Assembly: GCA_023231475.1 (NCBI GenBank)
Contig: JALJEE010001799.1
Location: 1 to 42,038 of the forward strand
DNA: 42,038 nt
Source of the DNA: Seison nebaliae
Taxonomy: Eukaryota
Direction: 5' to 3'
The position numbers and the translations under genes are program-made. Below, piece after piece: positions 11,778 to 23,273 of the stretch (the stretch's first letter is position 1; every line of letters starts with the position of its first letter). The notes under the pieces were generated by a model. It was not told the DNA's origin, searched no databases, and saw only the letters and a program-made list of their open reading frames with translations.

Positions 11778-14047
11778 ATGAGTATTATGATGATTAATAA
11801 CCAAATGAATACAAATGGAGTAAACAATAAGAAAACTTTAGGACGAAAAAGGAAACATGTGACTTCTCTGTTTTGTGTTGTTTGTGGTGCTAAGTCGTAT
11901 GGTTTCAATTTCAACGCAATAACTTGTGAAAGTTGCAAGGCGTTTTTTAGACGTAATGCTCTCCAATCATCTAAGCATACCGAATGCCGTGGAGTGGACA
12001 AAAGTAACAATTGTCAAATAAATGTGGAAACGAGAAAGCGATGCAAGAAATGTCGTTTACAGAAATGTTTCAAGGAAGGTTCCACCTATTTATTTTCATT
12101 CTCTCATTTTACAAAAAAACAATTCAGGAATGAATTCAACTCTGATATTGAGTGAAGTACAATTGAAAGATAAGAAAGAAAAGATTCGTTATAAAAAACT
12201 TCTGACAACTGTTAACGTTCGTTTTTATAAAGAAAAGTTCAATAATTCCTAATATCTTCCCCGTTAGAATGAGTCGTTTTTGGATGATGAAGAAAGAAGA
12301 AGAATTTCCAACAATATTCGATTGAATTGTGGTAATAGTGATGGATCGTCTGAAAAATCGGAAGAAATATCTCCAATAGCAAATAATCCCGAACATTTGG
12401 GAAAATATGAGAGAACTGCAGCATTGAAGTCATTGAAGAAATTAGTTCAGAATACATCACGACCTGATCACTCTAATAATTCCATCGTCAACAACAACAA
12501 AAACAAAGACGAATATTCGATTCATAAACAAATGATATCTACTCCGAATAATCATTCGCCAAATTCCCCATCGATAACATCGATTTGTTCGTCGAAATCA
12601 TCACCTGTATCAATGTGGAAGAATGAACAACGATACGAACAAGAAATGGAAACGAAATTGATAGAGAATGAGTTAAAGACGAGTATCCAATCATTAAATT
12701 GTAGTGATCCCTTTCTCAACGAGATCACAATGTCGTCCACCGAGAGCGGTTGTTGGATTACCGGTTCACATTTCGACAACGACAATCAATCGATCAGTTA
12801 TCGAATATTTCAATCTTTCCTCCTCAAATGTCCACCCGGCAGTTTCCGCTATCCTCTTATGCCAACAAAACCAATGGAAGAAGAACATGGTGAGTTTTGT
12901 TCCATTCTCCAAAACATTATTCATTCTTACATCGCCTCATTATCAGAAGAATTAGATGGAAGTCTTGTTAAACTTGTGCGACCATTATCCACCAGTTTAG
13001 TACTATATTTTCTCTTCAACCATTTCATTATCATTTTCCATTTCAACAGATATATCGTCAACCGTCGAAATATCTTCACAATCGATTAATTCCCATTCTC
13101 CCCTCACCAATACCAACACTCTGAACAGTGTCAATAACACTATTAATAATAATAACAAAAATACGTATTTGGTGAATAAGACGACATTTAGTCATATTTT
13201 AGCACCCATATCATCTAACATGACAATGATGACTAGATCGTTGATATATTTCCAAGATTATACGAATGAATTTTTCGAACTTATGACGTGCAAGAATGCC
13301 ATTAATCTCTTCTGTGTTCGTGCAGTTATCTCATATAATAATGATGTCCATGAACAAATGGAGAATCATATGTTTCAACAACAAAGTAGACAATCAAATG
13401 AATATTATAAAGATATGTTAAGTCAAGTGGAACAAGGTAAGCGATTGAGTCATATTCCATCATATCCCGATTATCATCGAGTTCTTTTCCTTTCCAAACG
13501 AGAACAAGAGAAATTTTATGAATATCAGAAAGAATTGAAAACGTTCACTAATTCGATGTCAGATAATTCGAATAAAAATATTGTCGCACTCTTCGTCCAT
13601 CATGTCACTACCAAATTCATCAAATTCATGCGTCTCATCTGTCAGGAGGACGAACTGATTCTTCTTCTTCTTTACGTCATTTGTATTTTCCATGAATCCG
13701 GTTCAGAAATTCAACCACAATCTGATTCATTCGTTCAATTGCAGCAAATGCTTCGCGTCCTCGACTATTATTTGGAAGTGAAGAATTATATTCTCGACGA
13801 CTCATTCGTCATCAGTAGTGAGATTCGCTATGTCGACTTAACACCCGCCACATTACTCGTACAAATGGCATTGAGGAATATCGATATCATTTCCAATATC
13901 ATACGCTCTTACATCAACAGTAGTGACGAGTTTGATGTTCGGGCATTGCAGCCATTATTGACCGAAGTCATTCATTTACCTAACAAGAAAATGATCAATG
14001 ACAATCTCTATTCAACATTGTTGACGATTGAGCGAATGAGTAATTAA
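11778..14047 (+). CDS. Nuclear hormone receptor, NR1J (HR96/DAF-12-like) (4 exons: 11778-12078, 12128-12210 or -12216, 12268-12994, 13050-14047; ~702 aa)
   Basis: C4 zinc fingers CVVCGAKSYGFNFNAITCESCKAFFRRNAL (ESCKA P-box typical of NR1J) and C..C..RKRCKKCRLQKCFKEG|M. Divergent ligand-binding domain ending in AF-2-like LQPLLTEVIHL. Introns of 49, 57/51 and 55 nt keep the frame. Confidence 0.88.
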
Positions 14048-14954
14048 TCCGGTCGATACATTTCCAAACTTATTTTTTTCTATTTCATTGAAAAAACGAA
14101 TTTTGGTGAACAAAAAAGTTTATAACGAAAATTGAAGAGAATCCGTTGAAATGGAATTGCAACTTAAATTTCCAATGAAATTTCAATGGAAAATGATAAT
14201 GAAAACAGTATCTTCTCAAAACTTTTGATACTTTCCCGTGACTATTATCATTCTCTCAACTTTACTTAATTTTCTTTTCATTCTTTCAATATTATTTCTT
14301 TTCCAAACTGAACAGAACTAAATTTTAAATGTCATCACCATTCTCTTTTCACTTTCAACAATTCCAGTGTTATATTGAGATAAGAATTAATTCTCTGTGT
14401 GAAACATGTTTTTTTCTCCTTTTGATATTTTTCGAATTCATTCTAATTCAATTTATTATTCTTCAATGAATTTCTTCTCTCTCTACACTTCACTTTTCAT
14501 TTTTCGAAAAAACGGATGAAAATCATCGACGGTGGTAATATCTGGTAATAATGTATTTGCAGAATTCCCAGTGAAATTTTACAACATTAATCTTTTGTTT
14601 AGCGAATTAGACAGGAAATTTGTAGAACAAATGAATTTTTAAAATTATAAAAATGGAAACTGAAATTCTCCAATTTATCTCGTTTAATTTAATTATTCTG
14701 ATAATCATTTCAATTCCTTATGTGTCCGGTGTTACTCTCTTCTCTCGATTTTCCTCTCCTTCACCTACAATCCTATCTCACATAATTCTAACAAGTAAGA
14801 AAATTTTCCTCGTGATCTTATCTCCATCAATTTACTCCGGTTTCTCAACGTTATAATTGAGTTTCTTTCTATGGAAATTTCAGTGAAAACAAAATATTGA
14901 AAGAAACGATTAAATTTCTTCTTTTATTTTTTTACAGTATAATCTTTTTCTTTA

Positions 14955-15790
14955 GATTCCTATCGTCCGATATGTATCTCTCCGTTCGTGATAAAACTGG
15001 TTGAGAATCTCATTTTATCTCGTTACCGTAACATTTTTTGTCATACCAATTCGCTTATCGATCACCTTGCCGAGGTACATATCCTTTTCTTTTCCTTCTT
15101 CGCTCACTTATATCATGCGCTAAGGAGCAAAATGTCTCGCTACATCTTCTTTTTCTCGACGCTTCTAAAGCATTTGATTCGATAGATGTATCCTTCGCCT
15201 TGAATCATTTGAATTGTCATGGAGTGAAAGCCCCTTTTCTCACATTTCTTTACCATCTTTGTTACGAATCTCTGGAGAGCGTCGTCATTGGAAAGGAAAA
15301 CAGTGATTTATTTTCCATCAACTCTGGTGTTCGTCAAGGTACCATTCTAGGTCCTTGGCTTTTTGGGTTAGTCATTGACGGCGTTCTCAGCAATCTAAAT
15401 GAATCAGGCGACATTTACATAGGAAACTTTCTTGGTTCAACCACCGATCTCCGTTGTCTCTCCTCTTTCGCCTTGGATCACATTCGAAATAAATTTTGTA
15501 GATCATTTTTCTCTTTCTCTCCCAAGACATCTACCAAACGAAATTTAGTCCAAGACGAAAATTACGTCTACAACTTTTTAAGAGTTTAGTTCTTCCACTA
15601 TACTCTTTGGAAACTATTTCCTTATGGACGTAACGTTCATTTCTGTCGATTGATCACGCTTACAATCGGCTTATCGGTGCAATCGTTCTTTACTCTTCGT
15701 CACCGTTGGTTTTCTTCTTTTATTAATTCTTCTCAATAAATTTTGTTAACAAACTTATAACTACGTCTCTATCAACATTATATCTGTGAG
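14955..15790 (+). pseudogene. Non-LTR retrotransposon reverse transcriptase, disrupted
   Basis: DSYRPIC (frameshift) QFAYR..LFLDASKAFDSID..GVRQGTILGPWLF. The YxDD region is deleted, and the sequence continues into the same C-terminal region as 125-690. Confidence 0.9.
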
Positions 15791-16690
15791 TCCAAAAATC
15801 AGATTATTCGATTCGGGCTCCATATTAATGCAACACATATGTAAAACAGATGAGAAATTATGAAATGAGTTCTAGAAATGATATTGAATGCAACTACTGA
15901 GGAAATCATTAAGTATCGAAGCTGATTCTTCTGATTAATTAGCCATGAAGTACGGCACAACCCTACAGATGCAACCGAAGGACGGCCCAAAAGTCTAATG
16001 TTATATTAAAACATTGTGCAACATTATCTGTACATTTTTTTTATTCTAATTCCTATTTTATCTGTTAATTTACTCTTTTTTTCTAAAGTAAAATTATAAG
16101 TAATAAAAATTAGTATTTATTTATTATAATAATTATTAATAAGAAAATTACCTAAATTAAAAATATCTACCTAAATACTTAGGCACAATTGAATATATAG
16201 TGCACTTATTCGAAAGAAGAAGACGCGTTTAACAGAAAAATCTTTTTTATTATGAGAGAAAAATAATCAAATTCTAAATTTGAAATTCGAATTAGGATTC
16301 TATGGACACAATTTAAAAAGTTTTTAGAAAATAATATAACGGAGGAGGAAATTCTGAAAATCTTATACAATATGTTATAAGAATTTGAAAGTTGGAAATT
16401 TTATTGTTTGCGACAATTCGAAAAGTTTTTTGAGAGATATATAATACGGAAATAGAAATGGAAAGATAGTGGAATTCCTTAGACAATAATATTCAAGATA
16501 TTGAAAGATAACGGAGAAATTTGTGGATAGGATGTGTGGAAATTATAAAATCTATTTATATGATATATTATATTATATAAAAGTGTATAGGTAATATTTT
16601 TGGTATTTCTTCCAGTTTAGCCTTGTCTATAGTGGTTGTAAACTATTTGTTGTTTTGTGTTGAAGTAGTTTGTTTATTATTCGTCTTATG

Positions 16691-16902
16691 AGCGAAGTCG
16701 CTGAGAAACCGTGATTAGATCATGATCTAGTTGATATTTTAAGGGACCCTTGTCCCTTATTTCGACCATCCCTGATTGGGATGGAGTCGATGAATTTAAC
16801 CACTGAACCCTGGTATTAAATGGAACGAATAGGATGTGTACGACATCCCTATTCTCTATTATCTTCTGGGTTTCTTTCCAGAGTAACCCAGCAGACCTAG
16901 TT
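16691..16902. other. Cluster of seven consecutive hairpins; candidate structured RNA or retroelement cis-element
   Basis: Stems at 16691-16702, 16716-16729, 16740-16759, 16762-16790, 16796-16819, 16827-16854 and 16866-16891, in a GC-richer island within very AT-rich flanks. Confidence 0.55.
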
Positions 16903-17659
16903 CATTTTTGCCTAACAAAAATTGTTAAACATAAAAATGGGCCATCTGTCATTCTATAATTAGTAGTCGAAATGAATAAAGTCGAACTTGAATATGGATT
17001 TTTGATGCCCATACTAGAATATTAATCTCACAACATATTTTCTTAAAAAAACTTTGCGCCTAGTGAGAAAAATAAAACTTGTCTTTCCTTTAAAACTAAA
17101 GGAAATTTGGAATACTTATGTATACGTAATTCATTGACATGGACGAACGTAAGTTGGAAGGTCAGAATTAAACTTCGTTCTCCATATTTTTAGCGAATAA
17201 AAAATATTAATTTTAAGCCCAATTTACTGTATCAATAGAATTTTTCATTTCTTACTACATTTGGGACATGTTGAAATGGGGACATTTCCTTGAAAACATC
17301 GTCTTGTGAGGCAAAATGAGACATTGGGATAATGTCAGATTGGTGAAGAATTATCATATGACGTTCTAATAAACTTCTTTCTATTAGGTAAAAACTCAAT
17401 AATTGGGAGTGGGAAGTCATTGGACTTCGATACTAAAAAACGAATATTTTTCAATGGAACTGCTATAATCTGCTTCTGATATCCGTTAAAAGGATAATAA
17501 ATATTATTACGTCTAGGTCTTTAAGAAGACATTTGCAGATATATACATTTCAGGTAATAATCAAAAAAAAATAAATAATAATAATAAGATATATTAATTA
17601 TTTATTATAATCTCTATCATTACATTATATAATTACTATCATTATATATTAATAATATA

Positions 17660-18790
17660 ATTACTCATAGGGAGTCCCTATGAGTGGACTACTACTTTAT
17701 TTAGAGTTTGTCATCCTCAGAGCGCTAGACTCATTTGTTTCTATCAGGGTCTTGACAGAATTTAAGGTGGGTACCTGTTCACCACGTAACACGAAGAGAA
17801 AACACGAATTCGGAATGAGAGTGGAAGATACTTGGATCGTGTTGCGAATGAGAATGATGCACGGAGAAATTTATTTCAGATGTGATCGAGTGAGGCGGAT
17901 GACATCATTTTGGAATGGAAAAGAACTCCTAGGAACGTATGATTTGGAGCAGGAGAAAGAGAGATATTTCTCAGGACAGAGGGAGTTGTGGAAAGGACAA
18001 CAGTTTTCGTCGGATTTATCTTAATTGACATTTCCGCCAAGAGAATCTGTGCTCTTTCGCGAATTCGAAGGAGTTGTCGTGGAGAAGTAGCAAATATGAG
18101 AATGTCGTCAACGTATGCGAGTGCTAAGGGAATTCGCATGCCGTTAATGTTGTTGTTGTAAAGTTCATTCAATTGGAGAATGACCCAATCGAGAGTGAGG
18201 CCGAAAAGCTAAGGTCCCAGGATGGAACCTTGTCTGACGCCATTGTTCGCCAGGAAAGGAGTTCCCAGACTATGATCGAGTGATACCGACACGGTGGAAA
18301 AGAAACATAATTAACGGAGCAAACGCAAAACCATATCCGGCTGCTATGGAGGAGAAAGCCGGTATCACGTCAATGGAATCGAAAGCTTTCGATGCATCGA
18401 AGAACAACGTTTGTAATTGTGCGCGGAAATACAGTAGGTTCGAGTGCCGGTTGTAACGGCGGCTGCAGATTTCTTCGCTGACTTCTTTGTGGACTTACTT
18501 GTTACGTTCGCCATTTCTTGATCACTAGGAGATGGATTCGATGATTTTTTGGAAATCACATCCTTCTCGACATGTTTGCCGTTTGCAGCCAGCTTCTGAC
18601 GTAGACCATGAGTTGATGACCACTTAGCGGATAACTTCTCGCTTACTGCTACAGATTGAGACGAAGGTGGTGGTCGTTCACTGAGTTCTTCAGTTAGACA
18701 ACCTACTTCGCATTCTTTCCGTGTTGAAAATTTTTTTAAATGATAATTGTCCATGTTCGGTTGTGTCCGATTTTTCTGAGCTATTTTTTA
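17660..18790 (-). mobile_element. Internally deleted non-LTR retrotransposon (ORF1-like start joined to RT; pseudogenised)
   Basis: Minus strand: Lys/Ser-rich ORF from 18754 runs into FFDASKAFDSID, then GVRQGSILGP*LF (in-frame TAG), LAYVDDILIFA, KINPTKT and LDHI. An 11-bp-arm palindrome ACTCATAGGGA-G-TCCCTATGAGT sits at 17663-17685 at the 3' side. Confidence 0.88.
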
Positions 18791-19339
18791 ATCGAAAATT
18801 AATGAAAAACTTAAAAAATGTTCCTTATACTTTGATAAGTCTATTACTGTATATAGTATAGTATCTATTATACTATATAATATATTATATTATTATTACT
18901 ATTTAATAGTATATGTATATATTACTTTTGAATACAGCTGTATATAGTAAGTAAATAGACACTTGAATCACCACAATGTGATGTCCATTTGGTAACAAAA
19001 ACGAAGAGCTCAAAAACGATTTTATAGAGGAAGAGAAAAAAATCCAGACTCTCGTTTTTGCCTCGTATACATACACTATTCGTTTTATTTTGGCAAAAAA
19101 CAGAACGAACAGTAAGCGACAAACAGAATGGTCTAGAGTCTAGACTCTAGAATCTAGACTCTAGATGTTGTCTCACTTGTAAAAAATAGGACAATCTCCC
19201 ATAGGGCAGAAAAGTGGAAAATTAAGTAATTTAAAATTTATAAACGGACAATGTAAAAACTGAACAAAATTTATTTAATCAATTAACAAATAAAATAGAT
19301 ACTGTATACAGAATCTATATAGATGTATACAATAGATTT

Positions 19340-19435
19340 CTCGAATATATGGTACTTCAACGCCTTTTTCGTACAAATTACGACAGTTGTACGTCTTTTT
19401 TAACAAATCAGGACAGTTTTACGCCTTTTAATAAC
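19340..19435 (+). repeat. GGACAGTT-family array next to the MULE transposase 3' end
   Basis: CGACAGTTGTACGTCTTTT and GGACAGTTTTACGCCTTTT units about 30 bp apart. Confidence 0.6.
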
Positions 19436-19639
19436 GTAATTAATGTCTCTTTAAAATTTTTGGGATATTTTTAATTCTTCCTTAACAAAACTTTTCGGAA
19501 ACTTTTACAAAGTTTATTTTACTATATTAATGGAAGTTCGTTCTGAAATGAAATATTTATTTATTGATAATGAAAGAAGGTAAAACAAATGGAAAAAATT
19601 ATTTTTCAAAAATTCCGTCGATATCTTTGAAAAATGAAT

Positions 19640-20400
19640 GTAATCATGTTTTATCGAATTTTTTTAACGTTGATACTAGTTTAACGCTAGTATCCTTCTT
19701 ATTTTTCTTAATTTCCGACTTTTTTCTTCGCTTTTTTTCACCGCTTAGCAGTAAATTGAACTGAAGTTTCTCATAATAAAAGAATTTGATTAGAAAATTT
19801 TCGAAAATTGGTAGCGAAGGTCTGTCCAACGGAATTAGATATTTCAGTCCGTTATTTTTACCTTCAACCAAATTATTGGTTCGTGGAAGGTTATTAATCG
19901 TTCGATTAAAACTATTCCACAACTTAAGTGGAATTTTGAATTATGGTGCATATAATTCTCTTCGAAATAATCATAAACTGTTTTTGCTTCCTCCGATATT
20001 TCATTTCTTACATAATAAAATGCATATTCTACATATTGAACCGGAACGAATGATTAGTAAAGTGCATTAGTAAACGTATTTCACGTTTAAAATATTTGTT
20101 AGAATAATAGCGTTCACCATAATCAACGCAACTCACCTTTCTGATCATACTTTGGCAAACGTGAAAAAACAACCATGAATTTCAACATTGGAAAATACAT
20201 CTTTTACGGCTGCAATAGCCCCAACTTCAAAATCCAAAGAGAATGACGAAGGAATGATATTAAATTTATCAACTAAAATCCTGAAAATTCGAACAGTCAT
20301 CAGTATATCAGATTCGAGGTCAATATAGACATCATTAACTTGTTTTCACTATTTCAGCAAATTAACTGATTCCATAACAGTGTGTACGTTCGATGTCCCC
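19640..20400 (-). pseudogene. MULE (Mutator-like) transposase, frameshifted
   Basis: SFSLDFEVGAIAAVKDVFSNVEIHGCF(fs)HVCQS at ~20150-20250 and WN..LPRTNNLVEGKNN at ~19850-19920. These are the second-Asp, CxxH and catalytic-Glu motifs of MULE DDE transposases. Confidence 0.85.
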
Positions 20401-20933
20401 CTTGGTAAGTGTCTTAAAATTTTCTTCAATTACTTCTCATTCGTTCTTCTAACCTTTCTAACTTTTTCATCAGCGACTAAAGAAAAAAGAGTACGAAATA
20501 ATTAACTAGTAAATTAGCATAATAATATTATATCCAGAGTTGTTCTAAAGATTCTTTTCTTGAAGATTCTTCGAATTTGCTTGTCTTTTGAAGATTTTGG
20601 ATTTTGACAAATTGCTACTTAATTCATATTTTACTAATATATTATTATAGTAATTTATTTATTAGTAATTATATATTATAGTATAATTATATCATATTAC
20701 TCATTCTCATCAACTAATATTTCGTGAACGGAAATGAGTTGAGAATAAGACACTTAATAATACTAGGGTATTATCATCTTTTAAATAATGTTGACTTAAA
20801 TAATGATAGTTTGTCATTTCCCCATGGTAATTTAATAGAGTAAACAAATATGAAGTTGTTTCAATTTTACGTTCTGTTAATGGAAAATTTTCACAAAATT
20901 GTATGGTAAATTGAAAATATTTTTCTCAAAAAG

Positions 20934-21607
20934 ATGAACGTCAATTCAAACAATTCACAAGATTCAAATGCTGAATATGCCCATGTAGCATATCCACCTC
21001 AATTTGGGGAAGTTCCATATCCGAAGAATCATGCAAATCTAGTCAAAAATGAAGTGAACAGTAGAAATGATTTACCTCCACCATATGAATCCCATATGCG
21101 TTCGCAAGAAATCGTAGAAACAATGAGAACTCCTTTCTGTACACCAATTATGGGAGGGATTGGACGAGGGAAAGTCGTCATTTTTCGTGGTGTTGTGACA
21201 GGTAATTCATTTTCAATTAATTTACAACAAGGTTATTCTTTGGAACCGAATAATGTTTATCTTCACATCAATCCTCGACTTTACGAGGGACATGTCGTCT
21301 TAAATTCGGCAATTAACGGATATTGGGGAAATCAATTTCGAACTGAAGCACTACTAAAATTGGTTCGAGGTGAATTGTTTGAAATGAAAATTTTCTGTAA
21401 GAGATTTCTATTTATGGTTATTTTTCACATTCTCTCTCGATATAAAATGCAATATAATTTAAGATTACACTGAATGGTCGACATATGGCGATGTTCCGTC
21501 ATCGAGCATCGTACAAAACGATCGATCATGTACTGGTGAGAGGAGATTGTTCAATCGAATATCTTCAGGTTCACTATACAGATAGAAGTTCTTGTTCAAT
21601 ACAATAA
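20934..21607 (+). CDS. Galectin with one CRD, Pro/Tyr-containing N-terminal extension and C-terminal CaaX (exons 20934-21416, 21464-21607; 208 aa)
   Basis: FSINL..LHINPRL..VVLNS..WGNQFR..FEMKI..|ITLNGRH..FRHR..IDHVLVRGDC are galectin CRD motifs. 47-nt GT-AG intron. Ends DRSSCSIQ*. Confidence 0.9.
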
Positions 21608-22249
21608 TAATTCTTCATTGTTATAATTATCGTATAAAATTAAATTACCTTTAAATTCTGTAAATTAAAATATTTCCTCTGATGTGTACTAAAAAGGTGA
21701 CTAATTTTAAAAAGTATCGTTAAAATTTAGAAACAAATTTTGAAATTTTCTGAAATTTCATCCAATTTAAATATACTGATAATTATCTAATCATATAATA
21801 TAAAAAAATAGTTTTGAAAATTATCGAATGAATTCAAAATAATTTTATTTATCGCCATTCTTTTTTATTTATATTTCAATTATATACCAGTATTTCACAC
21901 AAAAATATTGTTCGATAAAAGTCAATTTGATGATAAATATTTTAGTTCTTTTAGAATTTTATGTAAAAATTATATTTTTCATATATTATTTTTGGTAAAA
22001 GTCTGAAAATAAACGTATAGGCCTTTGAAACGATTCTGAACATGATACTGTTTTTAAAATTTCAATTTAAGAGGAGAAACGATAAAATGCGAAGGAAAAA
22101 TCAGTTATTAATTGAAGTAATAATTATCATAATATGATTTTAATCCTTCAGCTTCATTTCTAAATGTGAAGAATTAGAAGTTATTGAAGTCATTATCAAT
22201 AGATTGTGATTTTCATGAATCAAACTTCATAATTCTTCGGATTAGATTG

Positions 22250-23209
22250 ATGGGAAGTGAAATCATGAGTTTTACGATGTTCTGGAAATATGTTGATATG
22301 TGTAAATTGGAAGAAGAATGTCGTCATGTAATGTCGATAATTATTCGTCCCTATTATATTGTGAACATAATTCTTTCCATTTCTTATTTGATGATGAAGA
22401 AAGTTCCATTATTATGTGGAGTATTATTCAATAATTGCCACGTTGAATGGAGACAATGGGAGATGATTTCTTTTTTGGCGATAGCGATCGTCGTCAAAAC
22501 GAGAAAGGCAAGTACTTGGCTACAATATTTAGGAACGGTCATCACTTTAAGTAAATTGACCAATCTCATTCTTTTCTATCAAGAGAGTGTGACATATGCA
22601 TCGATTTATGTGTTATTGTGGATTCTATTCTGTTTATTTCTTCCCGAACCACAATTTGTTGGGAAGACGAATGTTATTCGTTTTGTTCGAGCTGAAAATG
22701 AAAAATATTCTCCATTTGACGATTTATTATTGAACGTTGAAGAAGAAAAGAAAAAAGATGAAGAAGAGAAAAAAGAAGATGAAAAAATGGAAAAAACGGA
22801 GAATGGAGATAAAGTGAAAAAACATCAATATTGGCTTATATTTTTCTCATCTCAATGGATTCCATCTTGTGCACAATTCTCTTCCATCTTCGCTGCACTC
22901 AGTTGTAAATACGGGAAACATAATCAATTGAAATTCGGGAAGATCGATGTGGAACGATATCCGAAAATGATCAGTCAATTATCCATCGACATCGGCCCAT
23001 TCACTAAACAAATTCCATCGTTAATTTTATTTCGAGACGGAAAGGAATTACGTCGACGACCATTTGTCGATTCGAAGAATAAAATATTCAAATTCAATTT
23101 CAATCAAAAAATAGTTGAAGACACATTTGAATTGGAGAATATTTATGAGTCACTCAAAAACAACACAGATCTACCTGAATCATCACAACTCTATAAATTG
23201 AAATCTTAA
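22250..23209 (+). CDS. TMX2: Thioredoxin-related transmembrane protein 2 (intronless; start could be 22250-22298)
   Basis: RPYYIVN..PLLC..EWRQWEMISFL..SKLTNLILF..WLIFFSSQWIPSC..FGKIDVERYP..TKQIPSLILFRDGKELRRRP matches TMX2. Confidence 0.93.
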   Translation: MGSEIMSFTMFWKYVDMCKLEEECRHVMSIIIRPYYIVNIILSISYLMMKKVPLLCGVLFNNCHVEWRQWEMISFLAIAIVVKTRKASTWLQYLGTVITLSKLTNLILFYQESVTYASIYVLLWILFCLFLPEPQFVGKTNVIRFVRAENEKYSPFDDLLLNVEEEKKKDEEEKKEDEKMEKTENGDKVKKHQYWLIFFSSQWIPSCAQFSSIFAALSCKYGKHNQLKFGKIDVERYPKMISQLSIDIGPFTKQIPSLILFRDGKELRRRPFVDSKNKIFKFNFNQKIVEDTFELENIYESLKNNTDLPESSQLYKLKS

Positions 23210-23273
23210 AACGACAATTATTATTTAATTTCCCCCCGTTTTTTTTATGGATGTAGATTTTTTTCGTTTCAGA

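Noticed and set aside
15905..16000. HDV-like or hammerhead ribozyme
   Set aside because: The minus strand has a P4-like stem and GCTAA, but P1, P1.1 and P2 do not fit. The plus-strand CTGAGGA lacks a properly placed GAAA and stems.
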